From Dehalococcoidia bacterium (GTDB taxonomy: Bacteria > Chloroflexota > Dehalococcoidia > DSTF01 > JALHUB01), in assembly GCA_022865685.1 (NCBI GenBank), contig JALHUB010000122.1, positions 1 through 40,062 on the forward strand: a DNA stretch of 40,062 bases, read 5' to 3'. This document shows, in pieces, positions 8,387 through 17,659 of this stretch. The notes beneath the pieces were generated by a model. That model saw nothing but the letters and a program-made list of their open reading frames with translations. It did no database searches and was not told where the DNA came from. The first letter of the stretch is position 1, and each line of letters opens with the position of its first letter. The translations under genes were made by a program, and so were the position numbers.

Positions 8387-8860
8387 TCAGGATATGCCGG
8401 TGATCGTGAGCCTTATGGCTCCGGCCGGGGCCTCCACGTGGACGGCGTCGCCGACGCCCTTGCCGATAAGGGCGCGCCCCACCGGCGATTCGTTGCTGAT
8501 GCGCCCTTCCTTGGGCTCCGCCTCGGCGCTGCCGACGATGGTGTAGGTTTCCTTAGTGCCCTTGGCGGTAAGTACCGTTACCTTGGAGCCCAGTTGCGCC
8601 TTCTTGGAACGGTGCGCCTCTTCTTCGTTGATGAGCTCCGCGTTCTGGATAATCTTTTCGAGCGTAAGGATGCGCCCCTCTACGAACGCCTGTTCATTCT
8701 TGGCATCTTCGTATTCGGCGTTGTTCTGGGTGCTGGCGAGCTCTTTGGCCGCGTGGATCCGTTCCGCGACCTCCTGGCGGCGGACGGTGCGCAGGTATTC
8801 GAGCTCTTTTTCCAGCTTGGCCAGACCCTCTCTCGTCAAAGGAACCGGCTTGTCCGGCAT
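8387..8860 (-). CDS. greA: transcription elongation factor GreA
   Basis: MPDKPVPLTREGLAKLEKELEYLRTVRRQEVAERI... is followed by a C-terminal GreA/GreB domain. I prefer the ATG at 8860 (AGGAG 8 nt upstream) over the track TTG at 8887. That gives a typical length of about 157 aa. Confidence 0.9.
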   Translation of the reverse strand: MPDKPVPLTREGLAKLEKELEYLRTVRRQEVAERIHAAKELASTQNNAEYEDAKNEQAFVEGRILTLEKIIQNAELINEEEAHRSKKAQLGSKVTVLTAKGTKETYTIVGSAEAEPKEGRISNESPVGRALIGKGVGDAVHVEAPAGAIRLTITGIS

Positions 8861-9120
8861 CTCTTTCGCTCCTGGGACAGATTTCAAAAAGAGAGACTGA
8901 GAGTCGTGCCCTCAGTCGCTATTGGCTCTGGTGTTGAAAGCAATTATAGGAGAAGGCGACCCCTTTGTAAAGCTTTCCTCGCGTGGAGTCAAGTTGGCGT
9001 CGGGTCAATGCCGTCGACACTTCTGGCGGGACGGACGCGACATGTTGCGTCGCACCTCCATCGATTCTTCGCGACGGTCGCCCCGGGGCGAGCCGATGCC
9101 CCCCCGTCGAGCCGGTGCGG

Positions 9121-9150
9121 TTGAGGGGCCGGACAGCCCCGTGCTAGAAT
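9121..9150 (+). promoter_or_regulatory. candidate sigma70 promoter for htrA
   Basis: TTGAGG (9121..9126), an 18-nt spacer, then TAGAAT (9145..9150) with an extended -10 TGc. Confidence 0.4.
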
Positions 9151-9200
9151 GACTGAGATCAGTCCTTGGAGCCAGAGCATTCCCACCCAAGAACGAGTGC

Positions 9201-10334
9201 ATGGAAGAGCACGATCATTCTCCCCGGCTGGTTGTATGGGTCGTCGCCGTGGCGCTGATCGCCGGAATGGCCGGCGGTCTCACGGGCGCGGCATTGGTGC
9301 ACGTACTCAGCGATGACGGCCCGGCGCCGTCGCAGGCCGCAGCAACCATCGAGCAGCGGCAGGTCACCCTCGAAGAAGACTCCGCCGTCACCGATACCGT
9401 CGAGAAGGCCGTGCCCTCCGTCGTCACGATTGTCAACAAGCTGGCGACGGGCGACGGCTTCGGGCTGCAAACGGAGGAGACAGCAGCCGGCTCCGGCGTC
9501 ATCATCGATAGTCGCGGCTTCATCGTCACCAACGAGCACGTCGTGCGCGGCGCGGCTGAGATCACCGTCGTCTTGCACGACGGCCGGGATTTCCCGGCCA
9601 CCCTCGTCAGCGCCGACGACCCCTTCACCGACCTCGCGGTCATCAAGATCGACCCGGGCGCCGGGGAGTTGCCGGCGCTCTCCTGGGGCGACTCCGATCT
9701 CATGAAGCTCGGCCAGAGGGTCGTGGCGATTGGCAGCGCCCTCAACGAGTTCCGCGACTCCGTGACCGTGGGCGTGATCAGCGGCTCGCATCGAAACTGG
9801 AGCCGCGAGGGTGTCGTCATGGAGGACCTCATCCAGACCGACGCTGCGGTAAACCACGGCAACAGCGGCGGCGCGCTCCTCAACGCCGAGGGCGAGTTGG
9901 TGGGACTGAACACGAGCGTGATTCGCAGCACAGAGACCGGCGAACTGGTGGAAGGTATCGCCTTCGCCATCTCCAGCAACGTCGCCGCGCCGATCACTCA
10001 TGTCATCATCGACCAGGGGAGCTATCCGCGGGCATACCTCGGCATAGCCCACCAGGACATCACGCCCGACGTTAGCACCCTCGGAGACCTTCCCGTCGAC
10101 CACGGCGCCCTCGTCGCCCGCGTCTCGCCGGGGACGCCGGCAGCCGACGCCGGCATCAAAGAAGGCGATATCATACTGCAAATGGGCGATGTCGAGTTGA
10201 ACCGGGACATGCCGTTTCTCAACGCGCTTGGCCGGCTCCAGCCGGGCCAGCCGGTGGTGCTGGTGCTCGACCGCGCTGGCGATGAGGTGACGGTGCTGGT
10301 GACGCCTCTGGCCCGAGACAGGACGACAGGATGA
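9201..10334 (+). CDS. htrA: HtrA/DegP-family serine protease with an N-terminal TM anchor and a PDZ domain
   Basis: The catalytic-triad context is present (TNEHVV, DLAVIK, GNSGGALLN), along with a C-terminal PDZ-like segment. Confidence 0.88.
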   Translation: MEEHDHSPRLVVWVVAVALIAGMAGGLTGAALVHVLSDDGPAPSQAAATIEQRQVTLEEDSAVTDTVEKAVPSVVTIVNKLATGDGFGLQTEETAAGSGVIIDSRGFIVTNEHVVRGAAEITVVLHDGRDFPATLVSADDPFTDLAVIKIDPGAGELPALSWGDSDLMKLGQRVVAIGSALNEFRDSVTVGVISGSHRNWSREGVVMEDLIQTDAAVNHGNSGGALLNAEGELVGLNTSVIRSTETGELVEGIAFAISSNVAAPITHVIIDQGSYPRAYLGIAHQDITPDVSTLGDLPVDHGALVARVSPGTPAADAGIKEGDIILQMGDVELNRDMPFLNALGRLQPGQPVVLVLDRAGDEVTVLVTPLARDRTTG

Positions 10335-12010
10335 GCGAGACAATGCCGCCGGGCGGCCAATCGCCGGAAGAGCGTGGTCCCTTCGACGATCTACTGCGCC
10401 CGCAGCCCGCGCGACAACCTGTGGCAGCCGGACGCGGCGGCCTCGTCGCGCTGGTGATCGTCGTACTGGGTGCGCTACTCCTCCTGCTGGTGCTGCCTCC
10501 CATCTCGCTCCTCAGTCGCGGCGGCGGCGATGGCGGCGGGAGCGGTCCCTCCGTCAAGACGACCGCCAGGAAAGACATGCCCACGCTGCCTGAGGGCGTC
10601 GAGGCCATAAGCCCCTTCTACGACATCACCGTCTCCGGCGACATCGCAACACCGGCGGTCCTCACGTTGCAGATACCGAGTCCGCCGCCTGACGGGCGCA
10701 ACATCTCCGTGTACACACAGCAGGACGGCGCGTGGAGACGGCTTGCCGGCGCAACGCTTGCCCCTGACGGCGGTGCCGTCGAAGCGGAGCTGACGGAGAT
10801 GCCGGAGAACATCGTCGCCGTGCGGCGCAGCGCCTCCGCGCGACAGCTCATCGGCTACCTGCCAGCGGGCACCCAGATCAGCCCGCTCGCGGCGCAGACC
10901 CTGTCGGTGCTCAACCCGGTCGACTTCTCGCCCGACGCCGACGGCTCCCTCTCCGGCAGTGCTACCTCGGTTGCCGTGCCATTGGGACTGCCGGTCCGCC
11001 CGGCGATTCGCGTCTCCAATAGCGACGACGCGGCGGCAGCCGACGAGATCATGGCCTCGCCTGACCTGCGCGGCGAGCACGTCGACGCCATCCTGGCGAT
11101 GGTCGAGTCCGGTCACTATGACGGCGTCGACCTCAATTACGGCTCGCTCGACCCGCTGCGCAAAGACGGTTTCAGCGAGTTCGTCGCTAACCTGGCGGAA
11201 CAACTCCACCGGCGCAGGCTCGTCCTCACGCTCACCGCGCCGCTTCCCGTTCAGCAGGGAAACGCCTGGGACACAGGCGCCTACGACTGGACGCGCCTAT
11301 CACAGGTCGCCGACACTATCGAGCTTGCGCCCGAGACTGACCCGTCGCGCTACTACAAGCGCACCGAAGAAGCCCTCCAGTTCCTCATCGAAGAGACGAA
11401 GGTAGCGCCGGCGAAGCTGGTCCTTCGCATCAGCCCGCTTGGCTCGGAGAAAGGCGGCGAGGGCATTCGCCCCCTGACGGCGCTGGAAGCCATGGCAATC
11501 GCCAGCGCCCTCACCGCGGACAAGACCGATGGGATTCGGGCCGGACAGGCCGTCGCGGTCAAAGGCCAGAACGTCGACAAGGCGGACGGCGCCTCGGGCA
11601 TCGCCTGGGACGGCGAGGCGGAGGCCGTCTCCTTCACTTACCCCGGCCTCGGCGGCGCGCGCACCGTTTGGGTGGAGAACGCCTTCAGCATCGCCTTCAA
11701 GCTCGACCTCGCGGACCGCTTCGGCCTCGGCGGCATAGCCATCGAGGACGTCTCCGACTCCGTCGGCGCGGCCGACGTATGGCCCGTCATAAGCGAGTTC
11801 CTGGACACCGGCGCGGTGTCGCTGGTGAAGCCGAACGACTCGCTGTTCGTCCCGAGCTGGCAGGCCGACGGGGGCAGCCTGGAGAGCGGTGACGAGGGCA
11901 GCGTCACGTGGGTGGCGCCGGACGAGCCGGGCACGTACAGCGTCACAATCATCGTCAGCGACGGCCTGGCGCGCGTCGGACAGCGGGTCGCTCTGACAGT
12001 CGAGCCCTGA
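10331..12010 (+). CDS. membrane-anchored GH18-like (chitinase-fold) domain protein with a C-terminal Ig-like domain; catalytic motif degenerate
   Basis: There is an N-terminal TM helix (LVALVIVVLGALLLLLVL). YDGVDLNYGS occupies the place of the GH18 DGxDxDxE motif. The C-terminus reads GTYSVTIIVSDG. The start overlaps the htrA stop by 4 nt (ATGA). Confidence 0.55.
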   Translation: MSETMPPGGQSPEERGPFDDLLRPQPARQPVAAGRGGLVALVIVVLGALLLLLVLPPISLLSRGGGDGGGSGPSVKTTARKDMPTLPEGVEAISPFYDITVSGDIATPAVLTLQIPSPPPDGRNISVYTQQDGAWRRLAGATLAPDGGAVEAELTEMPENIVAVRRSASARQLIGYLPAGTQISPLAAQTLSVLNPVDFSPDADGSLSGSATSVAVPLGLPVRPAIRVSNSDDAAAADEIMASPDLRGEHVDAILAMVESGHYDGVDLNYGSLDPLRKDGFSEFVANLAEQLHRRRLVLTLTAPLPVQQGNAWDTGAYDWTRLSQVADTIELAPETDPSRYYKRTEEALQFLIEETKVAPAKLVLRISPLGSEKGGEGIRPLTALEAMAIASALTADKTDGIRAGQAVAVKGQNVDKADGASGIAWDGEAEAVSFTYPGLGGARTVWVENAFSIAFKLDLADRFGLGGIAIEDVSDSVGAADVWPVISEFLDTGAVSLVKPNDSLFVPSWQADGGSLESGDEGSVTWVAPDEPGTYSVTIIVSDGLARVGQRVALTVEP

Positions 12011-12074
12011 AATTCCCTCGAACCCGCGTCGCATCGCTTCCCCTGATACGGCATCGAAGGAGGCAACCGCAGCC

Positions 12075-12623
12075 GTGCGCATAATCGCCGGGACAGCGCG
12101 AGGCCGCCGCCTGAAGGGCGGAAGCGAGCGCGGCCTGCGTCCCACTTCCGATCTGGTGCGCGGCGCCATGTTCGACATGCTCCAGGCGATACAGGCCGAC
12201 TTCGCGCGCGCGCTCGATCTCTATGCCGGCACCGGCGCCCTGGGAATCGAAGCGTTGAGTCGCGGCGCCGACTGGTGCGACTTCGTCGAGAAGGACGTGC
12301 GCTTCTGCCGCCTAATCCGCGACAACCTGGAGCTTGCCGGTTTCGTCGAAAAGGCGGCCGTTTTCTGCCTTCCGGCGGAGAGGGCCTTGACGAAACTGAC
12401 CGGCGAGTATAGCCTCATTCTGGCTGACCCGCCCTACCGGGATGAGAAGGCGGACGACGTGTTGCAGCGGATCGCCTCTTCCCTGATAGGGCCGGACGCC
12501 GTTATCCTGTTCGAGCACTCGAAGCGGAAGACACCGCCGCCCGCTCTTGGTCCGCTGCATCTGGCGACGAGCCGGCGGCATGGAGATACGGTAATCTCGA
12601 TCTATCGTTCAGGAGGAAGCTAG
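12075..12623 (+). CDS. rsmD: 16S rRNA (guanine966-N2)-methyltransferase
   Basis: MRIIAGTARGRRLK at the N-terminus and the DPPY motif (LADPPYR). Confidence 0.85.
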   Translation: MRIIAGTARGRRLKGGSERGLRPTSDLVRGAMFDMLQAIQADFARALDLYAGTGALGIEALSRGADWCDFVEKDVRFCRLIRDNLELAGFVEKAAVFCLPAERALTKLTGEYSLILADPPYRDEKADDVLQRIASSLIGPDAVILFEHSKRKTPPPALGPLHLATSRRHGDTVISIYRSGGS

Positions 12624-13111
12624 TGGTCACCGCCATGTACCCCGGCCGGTTCGACCCCGTGACGAACGGCCATCTCGATATCGTCCGCCGCGCTGCAACC
12701 ATGTTCGACCGCGTCGTCGTCGCCGTCTACGACATGCACGACGACGACGTCCTTTTCCCGACGGATGAGCGTGTCGCGCTCTTCCGGGAGGCGGTACGGG
12801 ACCGACCCAGCGTGACAGTCGAGCCGTTCCGGGGGCTGACCGTCGCCTTCGCGCGCGAGCAGAGGGCGACCGTGTTGGTGCGGGGGATCCGCGCCGTCAC
12901 TGGCTTCGAGACGGAGTTCGACATGGCGTTGATGAACAAGAAAATGGCGCCGGAGGTCGAGTCCGTGTATCTCATGGCCAGCCTGGAGCACCTGTTCATC
13001 AGCGGCACCCGAATCCGCGAAGTCGCTCGCCTGGGCTACGACGTCGCCGACCTCGTGCCGGCGCACGTCGCGCGGGCCCTGCGCGAGAAGCCGCTCGGCA
13101 TCGCGAGATAA
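12623..13111 (+). CDS. coaD: phosphopantetheine adenylyltransferase
   Basis: YPGRFDPVTNGHLDIVRRA (the HxGH-type nucleotidyltransferase motif). The product is about 160 aa. It follows rsmD, as in many bacteria. Confidence 0.92.
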   Translation: MVTAMYPGRFDPVTNGHLDIVRRAATMFDRVVVAVYDMHDDDVLFPTDERVALFREAVRDRPSVTVEPFRGLTVAFAREQRATVLVRGIRAVTGFETEFDMALMNKKMAPEVESVYLMASLEHLFISGTRIREVARLGYDVADLVPAHVARALREKPLGIAR

Positions 13112-13183
13112 GTCTCCAAAGGGAGTTGAGCCATCGACATCCTCTATCTTATCGACCGCCTGGAAGAGCTGGTCGCTGAGGGC

Positions 13184-13660
13184 ATGAAGCTCCCCATCGG
13201 CGGCCGCGTCGCCATCGACCGGCGCCGTCTGCTTGACCTCATCGACCAGATGCGCGTGGCGGCGCCTATGGAGCTGCGGGAAGCGCAGGAGCTGCTGGCG
13301 CAGAAAGAAGAGTTGCTGCTGAAGGCACGCGAGGAGTCGCAGCTTCTCGTCGCGCAGGCACAGCAGGACGTCGAGCTGCGCCTCACCGACAACGAGGTCA
13401 TCAAGGCGGCGGAGGCGAAGGTGGCGGAGCTTCTTCATCAGGCGGAGGACCAGGCCGAGTCGATGCTCAGGGAGACAGAGGATCGCATTCGCGCCCGCTT
13501 CGGCACGGCGGAGACAGTAGCGGCGCAGCAGATGGAGGAGGCGGACCGTTACGCGCTGGAGATGCTACACAAGCTGGAGTCGCAGTTGGCGGCGTTCCTG
13601 GGCAGCGTGCGCGCCGGCGTCGACAGCATGGAGGAGAAGGCGCAGGAGCGGGTCCGGTAG
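13184..13660 (+). CDS. coiled-coil protein of unknown function (the start may lie upstream at a non-canonical codon)
   Basis: The sequence is highly helical and charged (ELREAQELLAQKEELLLKAREESQLLVAQAQQD...). The in-frame upstream peptide IDILYLIDRLEELVAEG also looks like coding sequence (see findings). Confidence 0.6.
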   Translation: MKLPIGGRVAIDRRRLLDLIDQMRVAAPMELREAQELLAQKEELLLKAREESQLLVAQAQQDVELRLTDNEVIKAAEAKVAELLHQAEDQAESMLRETEDRIRARFGTAETVAAQQMEEADRYALEMLHKLESQLAAFLGSVRAGVDSMEEKAQERVR

Positions 13661-13742
13661 CGCTCCGTTCGGTGACAACCCATCGAAATCCCCCCTTTTT
13701 GCCATCATTCGCCTTTGGCAGATCGCCCATGAGTCAGGAGCG

Positions 13743-14126
13743 ATGACGGTGACCACAAATACCCGGTCCGTCTGTTGCGACTGCGACTACGAATTCGCTG
13801 ACTCGTCTGTCAAGGAGCCCTGCCCTCGTTGCGGAGCAACGCGGAGGAGAATATTCGTGGCTATACAGGAGGCAATGTCATTGAGCGGAGGATTGGTCGC
13901 TCAGCAGCGCAGACCAGGTTGGTCGCGCTTCCTACGAAGACTCATGAGTCGTAATAAATTGTCAAGAAGCGGCCGTGAAGCGCGTGAAGTCCTAGATATC
14001 GACCGAACTGACCCGCAAGTCACGGTGAAGCGTCACCACGTGGAAGAACTGATCGATGGGGAATGGAAGGTCGTGCACGAAGAGACAGAGTGCTGGCCGG
14101 CACGGCGAAGACCACCAGCCCCCTAA
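13743..14126 (+). CDS. orphan zinc-ribbon protein
   Basis: There are CxxC...CxxC pairs (CCDCDYEFADSSVKEPCPRCG). The region is A/T-richer than its flanks. The stop overlaps the stop of the convergent gene by 4 nt. Confidence 0.45.
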   Translation: MTVTTNTRSVCCDCDYEFADSSVKEPCPRCGATRRRIFVAIQEAMSLSGGLVAQQRRPGWSRFLRRLMSRNKLSRSGREAREVLDIDRTDPQVTVKRHHVEELIDGEWKVVHEETECWPARRRPPAP

Positions 14127-14704
14127 ATCTCTGGCTCAGTCGTTCTGCTCCGGCGCCTCAGCATCTCTGCCGGCATGAGGTACACATGCCGCAGCAGTTC
14201 TTCCGTGAAATTCAGTGCGTCTGTCGCATCCTCCGGCGTAACGTCATCCGGAACGTCAGCGTGGGCACCGGATTTCCCCAGGACCCTCACTTCGTGAGCC
14301 CACTCCTGCAACGGAGGCGTTATTAGGCCCTGTTTGGCGAGATACTCAATCTGTTTGTAGAGCGTTTCTCCTTCCGCACCTTTGTCTACCCCCGCTGACT
14401 GGACAGTTCTCCTGCACATCGCCGCACACGCTCGGGGCGCGTGCGCATCGAGGCATCTGCATGCCTCCAGGAAGTCTGTAGCCACCTTGTCTGGGATACT
14501 TTGATCGGCTTTCCTCACGAGCGTTGGATATTGGTCCACGAGATTGCCGGACGCTATCTTGAGATAGATTATCTCTTTACACCTCTGACACCTACCTAGC
14601 GAATAGTAGATGGCGTTGTTGTGCTCGTCCACGTATTGCGAGGTATTGGCCACCTGAACATATACACCGCAGTGTGGACATGTGAATTCCCATTCCCACG
14701 CCAT
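14123..14704 (-). CDS. DUF4145-domain protein with an N-terminal zinc ribbon
   Basis: The N-terminus has CPHCG...CQRC. The C-terminus (FLEACRCLDAHAPRACAAMCRRTVQ...LYKQIEYLAKQGLITPPLQEWAHEVRVLGKSGAHAD...DATDALNFTEELLRHVY) fits the DUF4145 pattern as I recall it. The ATG lies 10 nt after the leuS stop, with GGGGG in between. Confidence 0.7.
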   Translation of the reverse strand: MAWEWEFTCPHCGVYVQVANTSQYVDEHNNAIYYSLGRCQRCKEIIYLKIASGNLVDQYPTLVRKADQSIPDKVATDFLEACRCLDAHAPRACAAMCRRTVQSAGVDKGAEGETLYKQIEYLAKQGLITPPLQEWAHEVRVLGKSGAHADVPDDVTPEDATDALNFTEELLRHVYLMPAEMLRRRSRTTEPEI

Positions 14705-14714
14705 TGCAGACCCC

Positions 14715-17171
14715 CTACTTAGCTACAATATTGACCAGCCGCCCGGGCACGTAGACCACGCGCAGCGTTTCTTTGCCCTCGACGTACGGTCTCACCTTCT
14801 CGCTCGACAGCGCCACCTCCTTCGCTCGCTCCTCGCTCACGTCCGCGGGCACCAGGATGCGGTCGCGCACCTTCCCGTTCACCTGCACGACCAGCGTTAT
14901 CTGCTCCTCGGCGGCGAGCTCCGCGTCCCACTCCGGCCAGCGCTGGTTGTGGATGCTGTAGGCGTTCCCCGTCCGCTCCCACAGCTCCTCCGCCAGGTGC
15001 GGCGCCGACGGCGCCAGCAGCAGCATCAGCGACGTCGTCGCCTCCTGCCAGCAGTCTGCGTCGACGGGGCCGCTTTCCTTGAGCCGTGTCAGGTAGTTCG
15101 TGTACTCCATCAGCGCCGCGACCATCGTGTTGAAGCGGAAGCGCTCGACGTCCCTCGTCACGCGACGGATCGTCTTGTGGGTCATGCGACGCAGCTCGCG
15201 CACCTGGTCGGCTGGGGCCTGCGTCGTCGTCTCGGCAGGCGTCAGCACCAGGTTCCAGACGCGGTTCAGCCAGCGCGACACGCCGGCGAGGCCGGAGTCG
15301 TCCCATTCGCCGCCCTGGTCCCACGGCCCGATGAACATGAGGTAGATGCGCACCGCGTCGGTGCCCTGCTTCGAGACGTACTCGTCCGGCGCGACGACGT
15401 TGCCGCGCGACTTGCTCATCTTCGCCTTGCCGGCGATTATCGTCCCCTGGTTGTAGAGGCGCGTGAACGGCTCGCGGAACTCCACCAGGCCCAGGTCGCG
15501 CGCCGCCCGTGCGAAGAAGCGCGAGTACAGCAGGTGCATGACCGCATGCTCAGCTCCGCCGGTGTACTGGTCGACGGGCAGCCACTTGCGAGCGAGCTGG
15601 TGTGACATCGGCTGCTCCGGATTGTGAGGGTCGACGTAGCGGTACATGTACCAGCTCGAGCAGACGAAAGTGTCCATCGTGTCCGTCTCGCGACGCGCCG
15701 GGCGGCCGCAGACCGGGCAGGCGACGTTGACGAAGCCCTGGTGGCGCGCCAGCGGCGGCTCGCCCGTCGGCTTGAACTCGGCGTCCGGCGGCAGGAGCAC
15801 CGGCAGGTCGCTCTCCGGCACCGGCACCTCGCCGTCCCTGTCGCAGTAGACGATCGGTATCGGCGCGCCCCAGTAGCGCTGCCGCGACAATAGCCAGTCG
15901 CGGATGCGATAGTTCACCGTCGGCCCGCCCCAGCCGCGTTCCTCGAGATACTTCGTGACCGCCGCCTTGCCTTCCTCGTTCGACATGCCGTTGAAACGGT
16001 CGGAGTTCACCATGACGCCTGGCTCGACGTACGCCTCCGTCAGCGGCTGGCCATCCCAGTCCGGCGGCGCGATGACGACGCGGATCGGTATGCCGTACTT
16101 CCGCGCGAAGTCGAAGTCGCGCTGGTCGTGCGCCGGCACCCCCATGACGATGCCCGTGCCGTACGTCGGCAGTACGTAGTCGGCGATGAGGATCGGCACC
16201 TTCTCGCCGTTCAGCAGGTTCGTGCAGTGGGCGCCGGTGAAGACTCCCGTCTTCTCCCGCTCCGTCGACAGCCGCTCGATCTCCGTGGCCCGACGGCTGC
16301 GCTCGATGTACTCGTTCACCTCCGCGCGATGCTCCAGCGTCGTGATGTGGGGCACAAGCGGGTGCTCCGGCGCGATCACCATGAACGTCACGCCGTAGAT
16401 GGTGTCCGGCCGGGTAGTGAAGACGCGGATCTGGTTGTCATCGACCTCCGGCGATTCGAGCCCGAAGGCGATCATCGTCCCCTCGCTGCGGCCGATCCAG
16501 TTGCGCTGCATCGTCACGATGCGCTCCGGCCACTCGACGTCGCTGAAGTCCAGCAGGTCGTCCGCATAGCGGGTGATGCGGAAGAACCACTGCGACAGGT
16601 TGCGGCGCGTCACCGCCGTATGGCAGCGCTCGCAGGTCCCATCGGGCAGCACCTGCTCGTTCGCCAGCACCGTCTGGCACGATGGGCACCAGTTCGCCGG
16701 CGCCAATGAGCGATAGGCCAGGCCGTTCTTGTAGAACTGGAGGAACCACCACTGCGTCCACTTGTAATACTCGGGGTCGGACGTGACGACCTCGCGCTCC
16801 CAGTCGAAGATCGCGCCCATCGACCGGAGCTGGCGGCGCATGTTCTCGATGTTGCGCGCTGTCCACTCATAGGGGTGGATTTGCAGCTTGATCGCCGCGT
16901 TCTCCGCCGGCAGCCCGAAAGAGTCGAAGCCCATTGGAAAGAGGACGTTGTAGCCGCGCATCCGCTTGTAGCGCGCCTGCACGTCCGATGGCGCAATGGC
17001 ATACCAGTGCCCGACGTGCAGGTCGCCGGAGGTGTAGGGGTACATGGTGAGTGCGTACCACTTCGGTCGCGGGTCGTCGTCCGGCGTGCGATAGAGCGCA
17101 TCGGCATCCCAGCGCGCCTGCCACTTCTTCTCGATCTCCGGCGGATGATACCTATCGTCGGTCATTCTCAT
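14715..17171 (-). CDS. leuS: leucyl-tRNA synthetase
   Basis: The 818-aa product has a HIGH-type motif (GDLHVGH), KMSKS, and the CP1 editing region. Confidence 0.95.
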   Translation of the reverse strand: MRMTDDRYHPPEIEKKWQARWDADALYRTPDDDPRPKWYALTMYPYTSGDLHVGHWYAIAPSDVQARYKRMRGYNVLFPMGFDSFGLPAENAAIKLQIHPYEWTARNIENMRRQLRSMGAIFDWEREVVTSDPEYYKWTQWWFLQFYKNGLAYRSLAPANWCPSCQTVLANEQVLPDGTCERCHTAVTRRNLSQWFFRITRYADDLLDFSDVEWPERIVTMQRNWIGRSEGTMIAFGLESPEVDDNQIRVFTTRPDTIYGVTFMVIAPEHPLVPHITTLEHRAEVNEYIERSRRATEIERLSTEREKTGVFTGAHCTNLLNGEKVPILIADYVLPTYGTGIVMGVPAHDQRDFDFARKYGIPIRVVIAPPDWDGQPLTEAYVEPGVMVNSDRFNGMSNEEGKAAVTKYLEERGWGGPTVNYRIRDWLLSRQRYWGAPIPIVYCDRDGEVPVPESDLPVLLPPDAEFKPTGEPPLARHQGFVNVACPVCGRPARRETDTMDTFVCSSWYMYRYVDPHNPEQPMSHQLARKWLPVDQYTGGAEHAVMHLLYSRFFARAARDLGLVEFREPFTRLYNQGTIIAGKAKMSKSRGNVVAPDEYVSKQGTDAVRIYLMFIGPWDQGGEWDDSGLAGVSRWLNRVWNLVLTPAETTTQAPADQVRELRRMTHKTIRRVTRDVERFRFNTMVAALMEYTNYLTRLKESGPVDADCWQEATTSLMLLLAPSAPHLAEELWERTGNAYSIHNQRWPEWDAELAAEEQITLVVQVNGKVRDRILVPADVSEERAKEVALSSEKVRPYVEGKETLRVVYVPGRLVNIVAK

Positions 17172-17640
17172 TCCTCTTCGTGTCCCTCTGTTCTTCGGGC
17201 TCGTGCGCGATCAGCAGCGGCACCCGCTTGCGCAGGAAGTCGTCGATCGCCTGCACGACCGGCCTCGCCTCGAGCAAGATGAAGATGAGCAGCGACCCGA
17301 GACCGGCCGCCAGGTACAGGCGGCGCGCGACAGCCATGCCGACCGCCGCAGCCGACCATACCGTCGCCGCGGTCGTGATACCCTTTATCGTGTAGCCTTC
17401 GCGGAAGATCACACCCGCGCCCAGGAAGCCGATGCCCGTCACGATGCCCGCGGCGATGCGGTCCTCCGTGCTCGTGAGAAGCGAGATCTCCGTGAACAGC
17501 GCCGACCCCAGCGCCACGAGCGCCATCGTGCGGACGCCGGCCGGGTAGCCGCGCAGCTCCCGCTCGATGCCGATGAAGGCGCCGAGCCCTGCCGCGAGGA
17601 GGACTCGCAGGAAGAGCGCTAACTGATCACCTGTGTCCAT
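17152..17640 (-). CDS. MgtC/SapB-family membrane protein
   Basis: LLAAGLGAFIGIERELRGYPAGVRTMALVALGSALFT and the following TM helices are typical of the MgtC N-domain. The 3' end overlaps the leuS start by 20 nt. Confidence 0.8.
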   Translation of the reverse strand: MDTGDQLALFLRVLLAAGLGAFIGIERELRGYPAGVRTMALVALGSALFTEISLLTSTEDRIAAGIVTGIGFLGAGVIFREGYTIKGITTAATVWSAAAVGMAVARRLYLAAGLGSLLIFILLEARPVVQAIDDFLRKRVPLLIAHEPEEQRDTKRNENDRR

Positions 17641-17659
17641 GTCCGTTTCTCGACAATCG

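Noticed and set aside
6785-9124. A 779-aa ORF on the plus strand that spans lysS and greA in antisense.
   Set aside because: It is a shadow ORF typical of high-GC DNA. It is rich in Arg, Ala and Gly, has no recognisable domains, and is fully antisense to two unambiguous housekeeping genes.
9159-10343. A 394-aa minus-strand ORF opposite htrA. Similar long antisense ORFs occur at 12620..13438, 22645..23631, 24575..25720, 27606..28739, 35368..35991 and 39635..40039.
   Set aside because: All are antisense to genes with strong motif evidence. They are compositional artefacts.
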